Positions 28,475 to 41,500 of a stretch of DNA of 43,312 nt are shown here, piece by piece. A program made the translations under genes and the position numbers. Position 1 is the stretch's first letter. Each line of letters opens with the position of its first letter. The notes beneath the pieces were generated by a model. It worked only from the letters and a program-made list of their open reading frames with translations. It had not been told where the DNA came from and did no database searches. This DNA comes from a virus (Duplodnaviria; Caudoviricetes). The stretch covers positions 1-43,312 of IMG/VR virus record IMGVR_UViG_3300037991_001268; one strand, written 5' to 3'.

Positions 28475-29713
28475 ATGGCTAAACAATCGCTAAACATTGG
28501 CGCTTCTGCGAATGATAACACGGGGGATACCCTCCGTGTCGGTGGAGATAAAATTAATGATAACTTCAATGAGATTTACACCGCTTTAGGTAACGGTGTA
28601 AATCTTACTGTTAGTTTGTTGAACCCGTCAGTCGGACAGGTTCTGAGATATAACGGAAGTAACTTTGTTGCTGCTAGTTATAGTAATCTTACCTCGGCAC
28701 TGGATGTAAACGGTAACTCGATTATCTCTTCTAGTAACGGCAATATTCCTATTGCAGCAAATGGCACGGGTGATATCACACTTGCTGCTGGTGGTGTTAC
28801 TTCTACGTTTGGTGGTGGTGCAGGAGAAGGCATTGACATGCCTACAACTGTAAAGTATAAGAACGAATACAGTTCTCTTGCTGCAGCACCTTCAGCAGCA
28901 TCTTATCCTGGATATTTCTTTACTGTTGATGGTAATGATAATCCTTATGTTAATATCAACATTGCTACTGGTGGTGTTGGTGATGTAAGAGCAGCGTTGC
29001 TCACCGAATACTCTGGTATTGGTGCTTTATCAAATGTTGATGTAACAACAAATGCACCTACTACTAACCAAGTATTGAAGTGGGATGGAACAAATTGGAT
29101 TCCTGGTGATGATGTTGCTGGTGCTGGTCAGCAAAATCTTTTTGCAACAATCAGTGCAGATACTGGAACAACAACTGCTAATACGGCAACAGATACTTTA
29201 ACTATTGCTGGTGGTACTAATATTACTACATCAATTTCTGGAGATACTGTAACGGTAGACTTTGCTGGTACTCTTACCACTACGTTTGCTGCTTTAACAG
29301 ACACTGATACGACTGGTCTTACTCAGGGTGACAATATCTTCTATAATGGCACCGATTGGGTTAGATCTACGGGTGGTAGTCCCATGATCTGGTGGGAACT
29401 TGGTGCTCCTGTTGAAGACTCTAGTAGTGACTATCTGTTCTCTGGTCCTGGATTTGATGGAGCAGTTCGTGACCCAACGCTGTATGTTTACAGAGGGTTT
29501 ACTTATGCATTTGACAATACTGTTGAAGGTGGTGGACACCCCTTTAGAATCCAGAGCACACAAGGTTTGACTGGAACTGCTTATACCGATGGTCAGAGTG
29601 GCAGCGGCACGTCCGTCCTGTATTGGACTGTGCCTATGGATGCTCCTAATACACTGTATTATCAGTGTACGCTTCACGCAGCAATGCAGGGAACAATTAA
29701 CGTCGTAAGTTGA
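28475..29713 (+). CDS. gp9/gp10-N-terminal baseplate/fibre connector protein with a C-terminal cupredoxin-like domain
   Basis: MAKQSLNIG..AND.TGD.LR.GG.KIN.NF.E.Y is the T4 gp9/gp10 N-terminal motif. It also has L..L.DV and VLKWDGTNW fibre motifs and the C-terminal HPF...YYQCTLHAAMQGTINV. Confidence 0.8.
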   Translation: MAKQSLNIGASANDNTGDTLRVGGDKINDNFNEIYTALGNGVNLTVSLLNPSVGQVLRYNGSNFVAASYSNLTSALDVNGNSIISSSNGNIPIAANGTGDITLAAGGVTSTFGGGAGEGIDMPTTVKYKNEYSSLAAAPSAASYPGYFFTVDGNDNPYVNINIATGGVGDVRAALLTEYSGIGALSNVDVTTNAPTTNQVLKWDGTNWIPGDDVAGAGQQNLFATISADTGTTTANTATDTLTIAGGTNITTSISGDTVTVDFAGTLTTTFAALTDTDTTGLTQGDNIFYNGTDWVRSTGGSPMIWWELGAPVEDSSSDYLFSGPGFDGAVRDPTLYVYRGFTYAFDNTVEGGGHPFRIQSTQGLTGTAYTDGQSGSGTSVLYWTVPMDAPNTLYYQCTLHAAMQGTINVVS

Positions 29714-29719
29714 GGATAA

Positions 29720-32700
29720 ATGGCAAGAGAAGTTCCTGGATCTGGCGCAGTAATCAAGCCTATCTTCGATGAAGTATTCGGCGTTCGCGCAGTAGAATTA
29801 ATTAACGGTGGCAGCGGGTATGATCCCGCTGATCCTCCTAGATTGACTATTGATGGTTGCGGCACACCCGATCAAGAAGCATTATTGTATCCAATCATTG
29901 ATGCTGATTCGGGTAAAATTATTCATGTTCGTGTTCTTGAAAGAGGCAGGGGATACGATCCTCTCAGACTTCAAATTGTCCCCACATCAGAAACTCCTGG
30001 TGTTTTAGATTCATTTGATATCAATAGAATCTGGCAAACACATCCTAATTCTTTAACTAGAGGCACATTTCAGACTTCTGGCACTCCTCCTGTTAAAAAT
30101 GATAGACTTCGTATTGAGTCTGATAATCACCCCAAACCCACCTGGACTCAAGCAGAGGCAGTACCTGGCGGTGGTCCTCTTGTAGATAGATCTTTTGATC
30201 AGGTATTCATCTATAGAGGTGGTAAAGATGTTCCTAATCCTGGAACAAGAGAATTTCAAAATAATAAATCGCTTGGTATTTTAGCAAATGGTGGTCTTCT
30301 CCATACTCCTGAATGGGGAACTACAGGTAATGCACCTACTAATTTTTCTATTGACACTGTAAAATATGATTATGTAAAAGATACTAATGCTGATGATGCT
30401 ATTGTTGATGGCAATGTTCAGTATTATCAAACCAAGAATGTTATCAATGAATTTGATAATACAAATGGTGTATTTCAATGGGGTAGAATCCAGCAGTTTA
30501 TATGGAATATCAAAGTAGAATTTGATAATATATTGCTGCCTGTAAATAATATTGATGAGACATTAGCAGCAGTAGAAGTTGGTAGAGTTGTCACTGAAGT
30601 TGGTGGAACTTCTAGAGGTGAAATTGCAAAGATTGTTCGTAATAGTTCTAATCAAATTGTTAGAGTTTACCTGAGAGCAGTTCAGGGAACATTTGAGTCT
30701 ACAGACTTATTACTTGGATCTACTGGATTTAGTTTTAGAGTTAGTGACGATCCCACATCATTCCCCAACGGAATCTTCTACATTGACTTTGGTGACGAAG
30801 CTCACGAGTTTGGTCCTTTCACTCCTGGTCAATATTACTTTGCTCCAGAAGGAATTAAAGTTCAGAGAAATTACTTGATCAAATGGAATCAATCCGATTC
30901 TTCTAATACTGCTCATGGTGGTCACCCAATGCAGTTCTCTACAACTGCAGACGGAACTCTTTCTGGCGGATCTCTGTATTACACCAGTCCTAGTGGAGCA
31001 CCTTCTACAGATTACGAAAATGAATATCAACCGCTATTCTTGATGAATGCGGATGAAACCAATCGCATTTATTATTACTGTAAGAATCATCGCTACATGT
31101 CTGGTGCTAGTGGTGATGAAGGGTATATGTATCTGGATCCTGAGATTGAAATTGAACCTCATCCTAATAACTATTATCTTGAGGATTATTATCAAAGTGA
31201 CTCAAATGATCCAGCAACGATTGATCGTTCTAGGCACGTAAACGGTCACTCTAAGGTTCTGGGTATGTCCTTTGATGGATACCCCATTTACGGTCCATAT
31301 GGATACACTACAGGTAGAACTGTAGGCAGAATGACAAGTTCTTATAGATTGAGAACTACCGCAGAACTTCCTGGTACTAGAGAAGAAGTAGTTACTGCAA
31401 GTACAGAAACATTTACTGTAACTGTTGTAAATGATAAGTTCTATTTTGGTGGTCAGGAAGAACAACTTCTGACTTTGAAGAGAGGAAAGACTTATATTTT
31501 CAATCAAGATGATGCTTCAAATGATAGTCATTATCTGTTCTTCTCTTTAACTAACGATGGATGGCATAGTACAGGAGATCCTTCAGACATCGGTAGCGAT
31601 ACTTATTTGTATAGTGGTGAGGATAGCGTAGTTTATGTTCTTGACGGAACAACTGTTGCAACTCGTCAGTTGTATCTGCAAGGATTTAATGCTGCTACTA
31701 CAAGGGAAATCAGAATCACGATTCCTGTAAATGCACCTCGTGTTGCTTATGCATTCTCATATCTCAATACTAATCATGGTCTTCGTCTTGTTAATGAAGG
31801 ATACATTCTTGGTGATCTAACTCAAGACTATATTTACGACTCTTCTGCAGGTCTGTTGGATGAGTTCAACGGTAAGTTTGGACCTACTCCTGAGTATCCT
31901 AATGGTACATATGCATATTTCATGACTGAAGATGCCTCTGGCAATCCTCAGTATCCATATGCTATTGGTCCCAAGTATTACAGTGTTCCTCTGTTTGAGG
32001 GTGATACTGTTCCTGATTTAGTATCATCTTTCCCAACCGAAGCATCTGGTGATATTGTTCTTTATGAACAAGATGTTCTTGGTGCAAACGGACAAGTGCT
32101 TAATCCAGCAGGGTCTATTGCCTATATTAAAATGACGAAGAAAGGAGATAGTTTCTTCGGTTCAGCAAAGGCAGTTATTCTTGGTGGTGAAGGTAGTGGT
32201 GCCGCTGGTCTCCCTGTAACTCAAACTGTCACTGGTCTGTCTCTGCTTAATCAGGGCAGAAGTTACGCTACACCTCCCAACCTTATCTTTGAAGGTGGTG
32301 GTGGACAGGGTGCTGAAGGTGCTGCTTCTATTAATACTTTAGGTAGAGTTTCTTCTATCAGTGTTGTAGATCCTGGTGAGTTCTATCAAGAACCTCCCTT
32401 CGTTCTCATCAGTGGTGGTGGAGGTATTGGTGCTAAAGCAGAAGCAGTAATTGATCAAGGTGAAGTTACAGCGATCAATGTCACCGAACCTGGTAGTGGA
32501 TACACATCTCCACCAAACATCATCTTTACCAAACTGGTAAATCTGAAGAGGAAGACAAGAGCACGTCAGGCGTTCAACTCTTCGGATATCTATCTGACAG
32601 GTCTTACTAGAGATCTTGGTAATAGTGATACAACATTATATGTAAGTTCTACAGATGCATTCCCTGGTTCTGGTCAGGTTATCATCAATAAAGAGACAAT

Positions 32701-33931
32701 CACCTATACCGCTAAGAGTAGAGGCAGATTTACAGGTTTGACTCGTGGCGTGAACTTTAAATATGATCAGAGAGTCATTCTTGATACTGGACAGGATGAT
32801 TCTAACGGAATCTCTACTTATGAATTTAATGTTGGTGACCGAGTAATCCGTAGGGTTGAGAATGCTAACAACAAAGTTGCAAAGGTCTATGACTGGGATC
32901 CTGCAACCAGAGAACTTCTCGTCACATTTGAAGTCGATGAACTAGCATTTATTGATGCTGGTATTCCTTCAACTGAAGATGCTATTGTTCAGTTTGACGC
33001 TGGTGTTGCAAATAGTTCTGGAGCAGGAGTTCTTCCACATACTACCACTGCATCTGTTGGTGATTCGATTACTACGTTGACATATCCTATCGGCACTATT
33101 GCTGATACTAAGTTTGTTGACGTTGCAGAAAACAGTGGAGCAGGTGATGGTATTCCTGATCTTATTAATACAGGAACTACGTTTGACAATCAAATTAGTC
33201 TTGATGGTGGAATCTATAACTCTTTGTATGGTATTGAAGAAACAGTCGGTGGTCAAAATACTACCTTGTTCCAAGTTGGAGATAACATCAAAGACGCTGC
33301 TATACCAACCAAGTTTGCAACAATCATCGCTGCAGGTGGTCTGAGCGATGGTGTTGAACATGTTGCACAAGTCGAACTTACTTTAGATCAGTCAAATGGA
33401 AATGGTCAAAACTTCAGTGTCAATGAAGTTGTAACTGGTTCTGTTTCTGGAGTAAGAGGTACAGTGGTATCTTGGACTCCTTCAACTGGAGTGCTTGTGT
33501 TGAAAGATATTGTGCCTTTCAATACAAACAATGTTGCTCTCGGTGTCAATGGTTTCTTAAATGAGTTCTCTGCGAACAGTACAGTTGTTGATTTTGTAAT
33601 CATGAACAACGGTACTAACTATACTGGAGTTCCAACTATCACAGTTGAAAATACTGGAGATATTCAGGCAACTGGTACAGTGGTGATGACCTCTGCTGGT
33701 GACCAGGTTGAATCTATTACTATTACAAACGGGGGATACGGTATTCCTCAAACAATTGACGGAACGTATGCACTCCACCCAACGATTACATTTACAAATG
33801 CAGCGGGTGATACAACTGGCGCTGGTGCAGTAGCACAGGCAGTTTTGGGTGGCGAAAACGCTGTTGGAAACGCGGGTGCATCTTACAGAATTAAGAGCAT
33901 CGCGTACACTACACAAATTCGTTCTGTCTAA
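29720..33931 (+). CDS. Virion structural protein with YHYH-like and cupredoxin-like domains (1403 aa)
   Basis: [20 protein letters not shown] and LDEFNG...[12 protein letters not shown] (YHYH family); HPMQFS...YYCKNHRYM; GSGY repeats; GAGG RBS. Confidence 0.8.
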   Translation: MAREVPGSGAVIKPIFDEVFGVRAVELINGGSGYDPADPPRLTIDGCGTPDQEALLYPIIDADSGKIIHVRVLERGRGYDPLRLQIVPTSETPGVLDSFDINRIWQTHPNSLTRGTFQTSGTPPVKNDRLRIESDNHPKPTWTQAEAVPGGGPLVDRSFDQVFIYRGGKDVPNPGTREFQNNKSLGILANGGLLHTPEWGTTGNAPTNFSIDTVKYDYVKDTNADDAIVDGNVQYYQTKNVINEFDNTNGVFQWGRIQQFIWNIKVEFDNILLPVNNIDETLAAVEVGRVVTEVGGTSRGEIAKIVRNSSNQIVRVYLRAVQGTFESTDLLLGSTGFSFRVSDDPTSFPNGIFYIDFGDEAHEFGPFTPGQYYFAPEGIKVQRNYLIKWNQSDSSNTAHGGHPMQFSTTADGTLSGGSLYYTSPSGAPSTDYENEYQPLFLMNADETNRIYYYCKNHRYMSGASGDEGYMYLDPEIEIEPHPNNYYLEDYYQSDSNDPATIDRSRHVNGHSKVLGMSFDGYPIYGPYGYTTGRTVGRMTSSYRLRTTAELPGTREEVVTASTETFTVTVVNDKFYFGGQEEQLLTLKRGKTYIFNQDDASNDSHYLFFSLTNDGWHSTGDPSDIGSDTYLYSGEDSVVYVLDGTTVATRQLYLQGFNAATTREIRITIPVNAPRVAYAFSYLNTNHGLRLVNEGYILGDLTQDYIYDSSAGLLDEFNGKFGPTPEYPNGTYAYFMTEDASGNPQYPYAIGPKYYSVPLFEGDTVPDLVSSFPTEASGDIVLYEQDVLGANGQVLNPAGSIAYIKMTKKGDSFFGSAKAVILGGEGSGAAGLPVTQTVTGLSLLNQGRSYATPPNLIFEGGGGQGAEGAASINTLGRVSSISVVDPGEFYQEPPFVLISGGGGIGAKAEAVIDQGEVTAINVTEPGSGYTSPPNIIFTKLVNLKRKTRARQAFNSSDIYLTGLTRDLGNSDTTLYVSSTDAFPGSGQVIINKETITYTAKSRGRFTGLTRGVNFKYDQRVILDTGQDDSNGISTYEFNVGDRVIRRVENANNKVAKVYDWDPATRELLVTFEVDELAFIDAGIPSTEDAIVQFDAGVANSSGAGVLPHTTTASVGDSITTLTYPIGTIADTKFVDVAENSGAGDGIPDLINTGTTFDNQISLDGGIYNSLYGIEETVGGQNTTLFQVGDNIKDAAIPTKFATIIAAGGLSDGVEHVAQVELTLDQSNGNGQNFSVNEVVTGSVSGVRGTVVSWTPSTGVLVLKDIVPFNTNNVALGVNGFLNEFSANSTVVDFVIMNNGTNYTGVPTITVENTGDIQATGTVVMTSAGDQVESITITNGGYGIPQTIDGTYALHPTITFTNAAGDTTGAGAVAQAVLGGENAVGNAGASYRIKSIAYTTQIRSV

Positions 33932-33935
33932 CCGT

Positions 33936-33943
33936 CATAAATA
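33936..33943 (+). promoter_or_regulatory. T4-type late promoter CATAAATA
   Basis: Intergenic, upstream of gp8. Confidence 0.8.
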
Positions 33944-33969
33944 AACAGGAGGACAGTAGTACCTAGGAA

Positions 33970-35502
33970 ATGGCAGCTCTATTAACTGATCAATTTAGGA
34001 TTTTCTCTGCGAGAAAATTTATTAAAGCACTTGAGGGTCCAGTAGCGACTCAAAGTGATGATGCTGCAGGCACGACGAGAGATCGTTTGTACCTGTTCAT
34101 CGGTCGTCCCCAAAACTGGGACAATGAAAACTCACCACCCCAAGCAGTTGACTCTTTTCAAGAGTTTTCTGGTTCTTATGATGACATGATCTCCCTGAAG
34201 AGAGTCCTCGCTTCAGATACTGTTCAAGTTGTCAGACGTATCGACTGGGTTTCTCCTGAAGAAACTACTGGTGGACTGGGTTTCACTTACGATATGTATC
34301 GTCATGACTACTCTCCTAGTAAAACTGCCTCTTCTGGTGCTACTAAACTTTATGATTCCGACTTTTATGTCGTGAATTCACAATATCAAGTTTATAAGTG
34401 CATTTACAATGGTACGTCACCTTCCGACCCTAATGGCAAACCTTCTACAGTTGAGCCTACTGGCACTTCCACTAGCATTATCACTACTGGTGATGGATAT
34501 CGTTGGAAGTATATGTACACCATCCCTGTTGCTTCCGTCCTCAAGTTTTTCTCCAACGATTATATGCCCGTCTTCACCAATGATGCAGTGAAGACAAACG
34601 CGGTCGCTGGTGAAATCGACACTGTTGTAATTAACTCAGCAGGTTCTGGTTATAACAACGGTACATATGATAACGTTGCTATCAATGGCGACGGTGCTGG
34701 TGGTCGTGTTTCTATCGTTGTTGATGGTGGTAAGATTATTTCTGCTACTGTTACTTCTGGTGGTACTGGTTATACATTTGGTAAAATCAGTATTGATTCT
34801 ATCACTGGTATTGGTACTGGTTCTAGTGGTCAGGTTGATGTTATTATGCCCCCTCCTGGTGGACATGGTGCAGACGCTGTTACTGAGATTGGTGCATTCC
34901 GTGTGATGGTAAACGCTAAACTTTCTTACGACGAGGGTGCTGGCGACTTCCCTGTTGATAACGACTATCGTCGTATTGGTTTAATCACCAACCCCCTGAA
35001 GTTTGGTACTTCAGAACTTATTTCTGACTTGACGGTATCTGCTGCTAAAGCAGTTATCTTCTCTCCTACATTCCAAGGTAACTACGTTCCTGACGAAATC
35101 ATCACACAAACTCGTGTTGTTGGTGGTGCTAGTGTTACTGCTCGTGCAAGAGTTATTTCTTGGAATGCTACAACGAAAGTTCTTAAGTATTATCAAAACT
35201 CTGTTGATGGTATCTTCCCTGAAGTTACTGGTACACAGAATGAGTTCGATGGTTCTAACGTCATCAGCGGTTCGACCTCTGGTGCTGCTGGACAACCTGA
35301 TGTGAACTTCCCTGCTGTTCCTAACTCTTCTTCCAGAACTATCAATAACACTGAGTATGACTTGGGTATGAAGTTTAATAACGGGTATGCAAAACCTGAG
35401 ATTAAGTCAAACAGCGGTGACGTTGTTTACATAGATAATAGGAGAGCAATTAGTCGTGCGAACGACCAAGTAGAAGACATCAAAATCGTAATCGAGTTCT
35501 AA
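33970..35502 (+). CDS. gp8: Baseplate wedge subunit gp8
   Basis: MAALLTDQFRI, YLFIGRPQ.W, RRIDW, FYVVNS.Y.VYKC..N, DGYRWKYMY and YIDNR..I.R..DQ.EDIKIVIEF are cyanophage gp8 motifs. Confidence 0.92.
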   Translation: MAALLTDQFRIFSARKFIKALEGPVATQSDDAAGTTRDRLYLFIGRPQNWDNENSPPQAVDSFQEFSGSYDDMISLKRVLASDTVQVVRRIDWVSPEETTGGLGFTYDMYRHDYSPSKTASSGATKLYDSDFYVVNSQYQVYKCIYNGTSPSDPNGKPSTVEPTGTSTSIITTGDGYRWKYMYTIPVASVLKFFSNDYMPVFTNDAVKTNAVAGEIDTVVINSAGSGYNNGTYDNVAINGDGAGGRVSIVVDGGKIISATVTSGGTGYTFGKISIDSITGIGTGSSGQVDVIMPPPGGHGADAVTEIGAFRVMVNAKLSYDEGAGDFPVDNDYRRIGLITNPLKFGTSELISDLTVSAAKAVIFSPTFQGNYVPDEIITQTRVVGGASVTARARVISWNATTKVLKYYQNSVDGIFPEVTGTQNEFDGSNVISGSTSGAAGQPDVNFPAVPNSSSRTINNTEYDLGMKFNNGYAKPEIKSNSGDVVYIDNRRAISRANDQVEDIKIVIEF

Positions 35503-38500
35503 TGGCACAAAATACCAATTTAAACGTCACACCTTATTACGACGACTTCGATAAGGATAAGAATTTTTATCGAGTGCTGTTCCGCCCTGGATTCCCTATT
35601 CAGGCGAGGGAACTTACTACGATGCAGAGCGTCATGCAGAATCAGGTCGAGAACGTGGGTTCTCACCTATTCAAAGATGGTGCAATGGTTATCCCAGGTC
35701 AGGTAGGTTATGACCTGAATGTTGATGCCATCATGCTTCAGGAGTCTTTCTTGGGTGCTGATGTTGAACAGTATAGAACCCAGTTAGAAGGTAAAATCAT
35801 CACTGGTTTGACCTCAGGTGTTAAGGCAAAGGTTCTGTTTAGTATTTCGGAAGCGAGTTCCGAAAAAGGTTATATTACACTTTACGTTAAGTATATTGAG
35901 TCTGGTGGTGATACTCAGACCCAACAAACATTTACAAATAACGAGCAGTTGGTCACCGATAAGGAGATCACCTTTGGAACAACTCTTATTGAGATTGGTT
36001 CTCCTTTTGCACAATTGCTGCCTACTGCTGCAATTCAAACAGGTTCTGCTGCTTATGTTCAAGAAGGCGTTTACTTTATCCGAGGGTTCTTTGTAGACGT
36101 TCCCTATCAGTATATCCTTCTCGATCAATATGGAACGTCCCCTGCATACAGAATTGGACTCGAAATTCTTGAGTCTATTATCACCCCAGAAGACGACCTT
36201 AGTCTTAACGATAACGCTGCTGGAACATCTAACTATGCTGCTCCTGGTGCTCATAGATTTAGAATCACAACCAATCTGATCAAAAAACTTCTTACCGACG
36301 AAGCAGATAAAGACTTTATCGAACTGCTTCGTATCAATGGTAATAAAATTGAAAAACTAGTTGATCGTAGCGCGTATGATGAACTAGAAAAGTCACTTGC
36401 TCTCAGAACATTTGAAGAGTCTGGTAACTATGTTGTTAATGATTTCCAGATCACCAATAGAGAAAACCTCAACGATGGTTTTAATAATGGTGTTTATGAA
36501 TCTGGTGAGACAACAGCACAGGGCAATACTGCTACTAGCGAAAAGTATGCAGTTGAGTTTGGTCCTGGCACTGCATATGTAAGAGGTTACAGAATCAAAA
36601 CTCTGTCACCAAAGTATGTGGATCTCGATAAACCAAGATCCACTAATAGTGCTCAAAACACTATTATTCCTTTTGAACTTGGTAATTACTCAACCGTTGA
36701 TAATGTTTATGGATTCTTAAACGTTTCTGGTTCTACAATTACCAATGCATATCAAACTTTAGAACTCCGTGATAGATTTACGGCAACACCTGGAGATGCT
36801 GTAGGTAATCTGATTGGATATGCTCGTGTTGCTTCTATTGAGCACGTCCAAGATCCAGATACCACATTTGGTAATACTGATGATAGATATCGTTTGCACG
36901 TCTTTGATGTGCAGATGTTTACTATTTTGAAATTGTCATCTAACCAAACAGTTGCTGCTGGTTCTGTCATCGTTGGTAAAACTTCTGGTGCTAGAGGTTT
37001 CATTGTAAATGCTGTTTCTAACGGTGATGATTTTGAACTCTATCAAGTAGAAGGTGAGTTCCAAAAAGGTGAAATGGTCACTGTTGATGGTCTTGATCAA
37101 GATACTATTGCCGAAACGTATACTTATCAATATTCGGATTCTCGTCAAGTTCTTTCTAGAGATGAAACTACAAATGCTGTAGAATTTACTTCTGATATTG
37201 TTTTGGATGATCTGGAGCAACTTCAGGGTGCAACATTTACTTATGATGCTACAGGTGGTTCCGAAGATATCACTGGTTTGAACTCTAACTTCTCTGCTGA
37301 TCTTAGAGCAGGAGATAGAATTTATTTCAATAATACTCAATATGTTGATGTTGATTATGTAGATCCTACAAACCTTTCTTCTTCTAATCCTTCAACCATC
37401 TTCAACTTTGCAAATCAAACTGTTAATGTAACCCCTGGTGCTGGTGGTGCTGCTCCTAGTGCAGGAACATACACTGTTCTGATTCGCTATCGTGCTAAAT
37501 TGAGTGAAACTAACGAAGCAACTTTGCTTGAGCAAATGCCTCGTCCCTATGTTAAGAGTATTTCTGACGAATCTATGATTGTCAGAAGAACTTTTGACGC
37601 ACAAACTGTTGCTTCTAACTCTATCTCTATTACATTGCCAGAGAATGAGCAATTTGAAGCACTGTCTAATGCAAACTATACATTTACTGTTCTTGCAGGG
37701 ACAAACGGCACTTATCCTGTAGGTGATCAAATTCCTATTGACACTACTACCAGTGGTAATCTGGGTTACACTACGTTTACATCTTCGGATAGAACTACTA
37801 TCCAGATGGATAACCTTACAAATATCACTTCTGTAAAAGTTACTGCATCTATTTCTAAGAACGTAACTCAAAGGAAGACCAAATCTCCTCAGAAGATGTT
37901 TGTTCTGAAAGCAAACAAGACTATTAATAATCTTGATAAACAGAATTATGGTTTAGCGTATTCTGGTCTGTATGGCACAAGAATTCAAGATAGAGATATT
38001 TCTTTAGGTCTTGCAGATGCATACAAGATTCATGCTGTATATGAATCTCTGGATGATAATGATCCAGTCATTCCTTCGATTACTTTAGTTGAACCCACCT
38101 TCTTTGCTACAGGAACTATTGTTACTGGTAAGACATCTAAGGCAAGAGCAAGAGTTGTAGATTTTAACTCCAGTAGCTTAAAACTGACAATTGTTTATTT
38201 GACAGGTGAATTTATTACTGGTGAAACTGTAGAAGGTAAAGATAGTAATGACACTAATATTAGTGGTATTATTAATGACTCTGAGGGATCTATTGTTAAA
38301 GGATCTAAAGTCATTACAGATCGCTATGATTTGATTTCTGGTCAGACCGATTTCATTTATGGTGTTTCTAGAATTGTTCGTAGAAGTGGCGTCGCAACAC
38401 CAATCAGAAAAATAAAAATTGTTTTAGATTATTACACACACTCAGCGACTGGTGATTACTTCGGTGGTCAATCCTATCTGGATACGAGCTATGATGATAT

Positions 38501-41500
38501 CCCCCTTTATAATAATAAGTTCTTACCAGATTATCTTGACTTCCGTCCTGGTGTTAAGAACCTTTATAGTGGAACAGGAACAGTTTCTTCTCCTGCATTT
38601 GTAAATTGTTCTACGTTTGACTTTAAGTCACGAGTATTCCCAACAACAGGAACACCTGCAGCAACTCTCTTTGATATCCCTAAAGTAAATAGCGACTTCC
38701 GTTGCGACTTTGATTGGTATCTGCCTAGAATTGATAAGATTTACCTGCTTCCTAATGGTGAATTCCAAATCATTAAAGGTAAACCTGAGGAAGATCCTAA
38801 AGAACCCGATGATCTTCAGGATGGTATGCTTTTAGCAACCATGCTTCATGCACCATATGGTTTTGATCCTGTTGAGGACGTTATTGTTATTAGGTCTGAA
38901 AACAGACGCTATACGATGCGTGACATCGGTAAACTTGAAACAAGAATCAATCAAGTTGAGTATTACACTTCACTGAACATGTTGGAGTCGGATACTTTCA
39001 ATACTGAAATTACCGATGCTTCTGGTAAGAGTAGACTTAAGAATGGATTTATTGTTGATGATTTTACCGATCACTCTAAGTCTCAAACCTTCAATCCAGA
39101 CTTTAAGGCATCTCTCGATTATACTGAGGGATCATGTCATCCGTCACACTATACAACTAACTGCTCATTGATTATCAATGAGTCCCTCTCAACCAATTAT
39201 CAAAAGACTGGTCCTCTGATCACTCTTCCATATACTGAAGAGAAACTAATCGAACAACCATATGCTTCTCGTGTTGAAAACGTCAACCCATTTAACGTTT
39301 TTGCATACATTGGTCGTATTGATCTTGTTCCTGCATCTGATGACTGGGTAGATACAAATCGTCTTCCAGTTCGTGTTACCAATATTGAAGGTGACTTTAG
39401 ATCAACTCAGGATAGACTGAGTGTTGATCAGAATGGTTTTGCTCCTATTCAGTGGAATGCATGGAGAACTAATTGGAGTGGCACTTCTACTTCATCTAGA
39501 ACTTGGAGATCTCGTCGTCGTTCTAGTTGGGGTCGTGGTCTTGCTATTGATGCAGCAGTAACCACCACAACAACGTCACGACAGACTCGAAGTGGTATCC
39601 GAACCAGAGTTGTTCCGAGAATTGATCGCAGATCTCTTGGCGATAGCACAATTTCTTCCACATCAATCCCCTGGATTCGTTCTAGAAATATTGAAGTTTC
39701 TGTTGTAAGAATGAAGCCTAGAACTACTTTCTATGGTTTCTTCGATGGTCAGAAGATTGCCGATTATATGATTCCTAAGATCATTGAGGTTATCAAGAAT
39801 CCTTCTACTGATAGTAGAACAAACTCTACACCTTTTGTTATTGGCGAAACTGTTACTGGTCAAACTTCTGGTGCGAAACTGAAGATTGCTGCACCAAATG
39901 ATTACTATAAGTTTAATCCTTATACCGATGCAGACATGCCAACGTCGTATTCTTCTACGACAGACTTTATCAATATTGACACCGAATCTCTTGCTGCTCA
40001 AGCAGTAGGTTCGTTCTATGGTAATATCCAAGTTGGTGAAGTTTTAGTTGCAGCATCTGGTGCAACTGCAGTTGTGAAGGATCGTCGTCTTTTGACCGAT
40101 AGACTGGGACAGTGGAAAGGTTCATTCTTTATTCCTGCACCTCAGGTTGACACCAATCCCCGTTGGTCCACAGGAACCAGAACTCTTAGACTCACAACTA
40201 ATGAGAATGATTCTAGAACTGCGGGCACTGTTGCATCTGCAGCAGAAGTCGAGTATCAGGCAGCAGGCACACTGAACACAGTTCAGGAGAATGTTCTTGC
40301 AATTAGAAATGCTGATCTTGTTCGTGATACAGTTACTCAAGATCGCACAGTTTCTTCTACAAGAACTGAAACCCGTCAGGTTGGTTGGTGGGACCCTCTT
40401 GCACAATCTTTCTTGATTGACGAAGAAGGTGGTTCATTCCTTACATCTGTTGATATTTACTTCAACGCTAAGGATGCTAATATCCCCATCTCAATGCAGA
40501 TCAGAACCATGGAAAATGGTTATCCTACGACTGCTATTCTTCCTTTCTCTGATACTACATTGAATCCTGAGGATGTTCAGATTTCTGAGACTGGTGCGGT
40601 TGCAACTAGATTTACTTTTAGAGCACCTGTATACATTCCTCAGTCTATTGAACACTGTTTCGTTCTCTTCTCTGACTCTAACGAATATCAGGTTTGGATC
40701 TCTCGTATGGGAGAACTGGATATCTCTGGTGACAGAACGATCTCCGAACAACCCTATGCTGGTGTCTTGTTCAAGTCGCAGAACGCAACTACTTGGACTG
40801 CTGACCAATATGAGGATATGAAGTTTGTTGTCAATAGAGCAAGATTTGATAATTCTGGTGCTACTAGAATTACGTTGAATAATGCTCCTCTTGATGTTGG
40901 TAATAATGGTAGAATTCGTTTGGCGAATGATGCTATTCAAACTTTCCAACCAGAAATTCAATTAGTATTGAATTCTACTACTCTTCCTTATACTATTGGT
41001 GCTAGAATTTATCAAAAGACTACCCTTGCAGAAGGCACTATTGTTGGTGTTGCTTCTAGCACATCAGGTGTTCTTTTGACAATCAATGATATCTCTGGAA
41101 CATGGGCAGCAGGTTCTAACACTGGTGGTGTTATTACTAATCGTATTGTATCTTCTAAAACAACTGCAACTATGGTTGTTAGTGGTGCATCGGGAGACTT
41201 TACTGTTGGTGAAACCATCACAGGTAACAGTTCTACAGCACCCACTGCTGAAGTTGTAACTTGGACCAGTAGCACTAATACTTTAACCCTGAAGTTTGTC
41301 TCCACCGATTTCACTCCATCAACTGAGACAATTACTGGTGGTGGTTCTACTACAACAGCAACTGTATCTTCTGTCACTTATTCTGGAGATGCTATCGAAT
41401 CTTCTGCTGTTAGTGATTCATATCCTTCCACAACTCCGACATATACAACGTCGCAGAGAAAGGTTCGAGTTTCACATTCCAACCACGGTATGCATGACTT

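Noticed and set aside
29474-29713. Annotating the cupredoxin domain as petE (plastocyanin auxiliary gene)
   Set aside because: It has no signal peptide and is fused to a baseplate anchor in a late operon.
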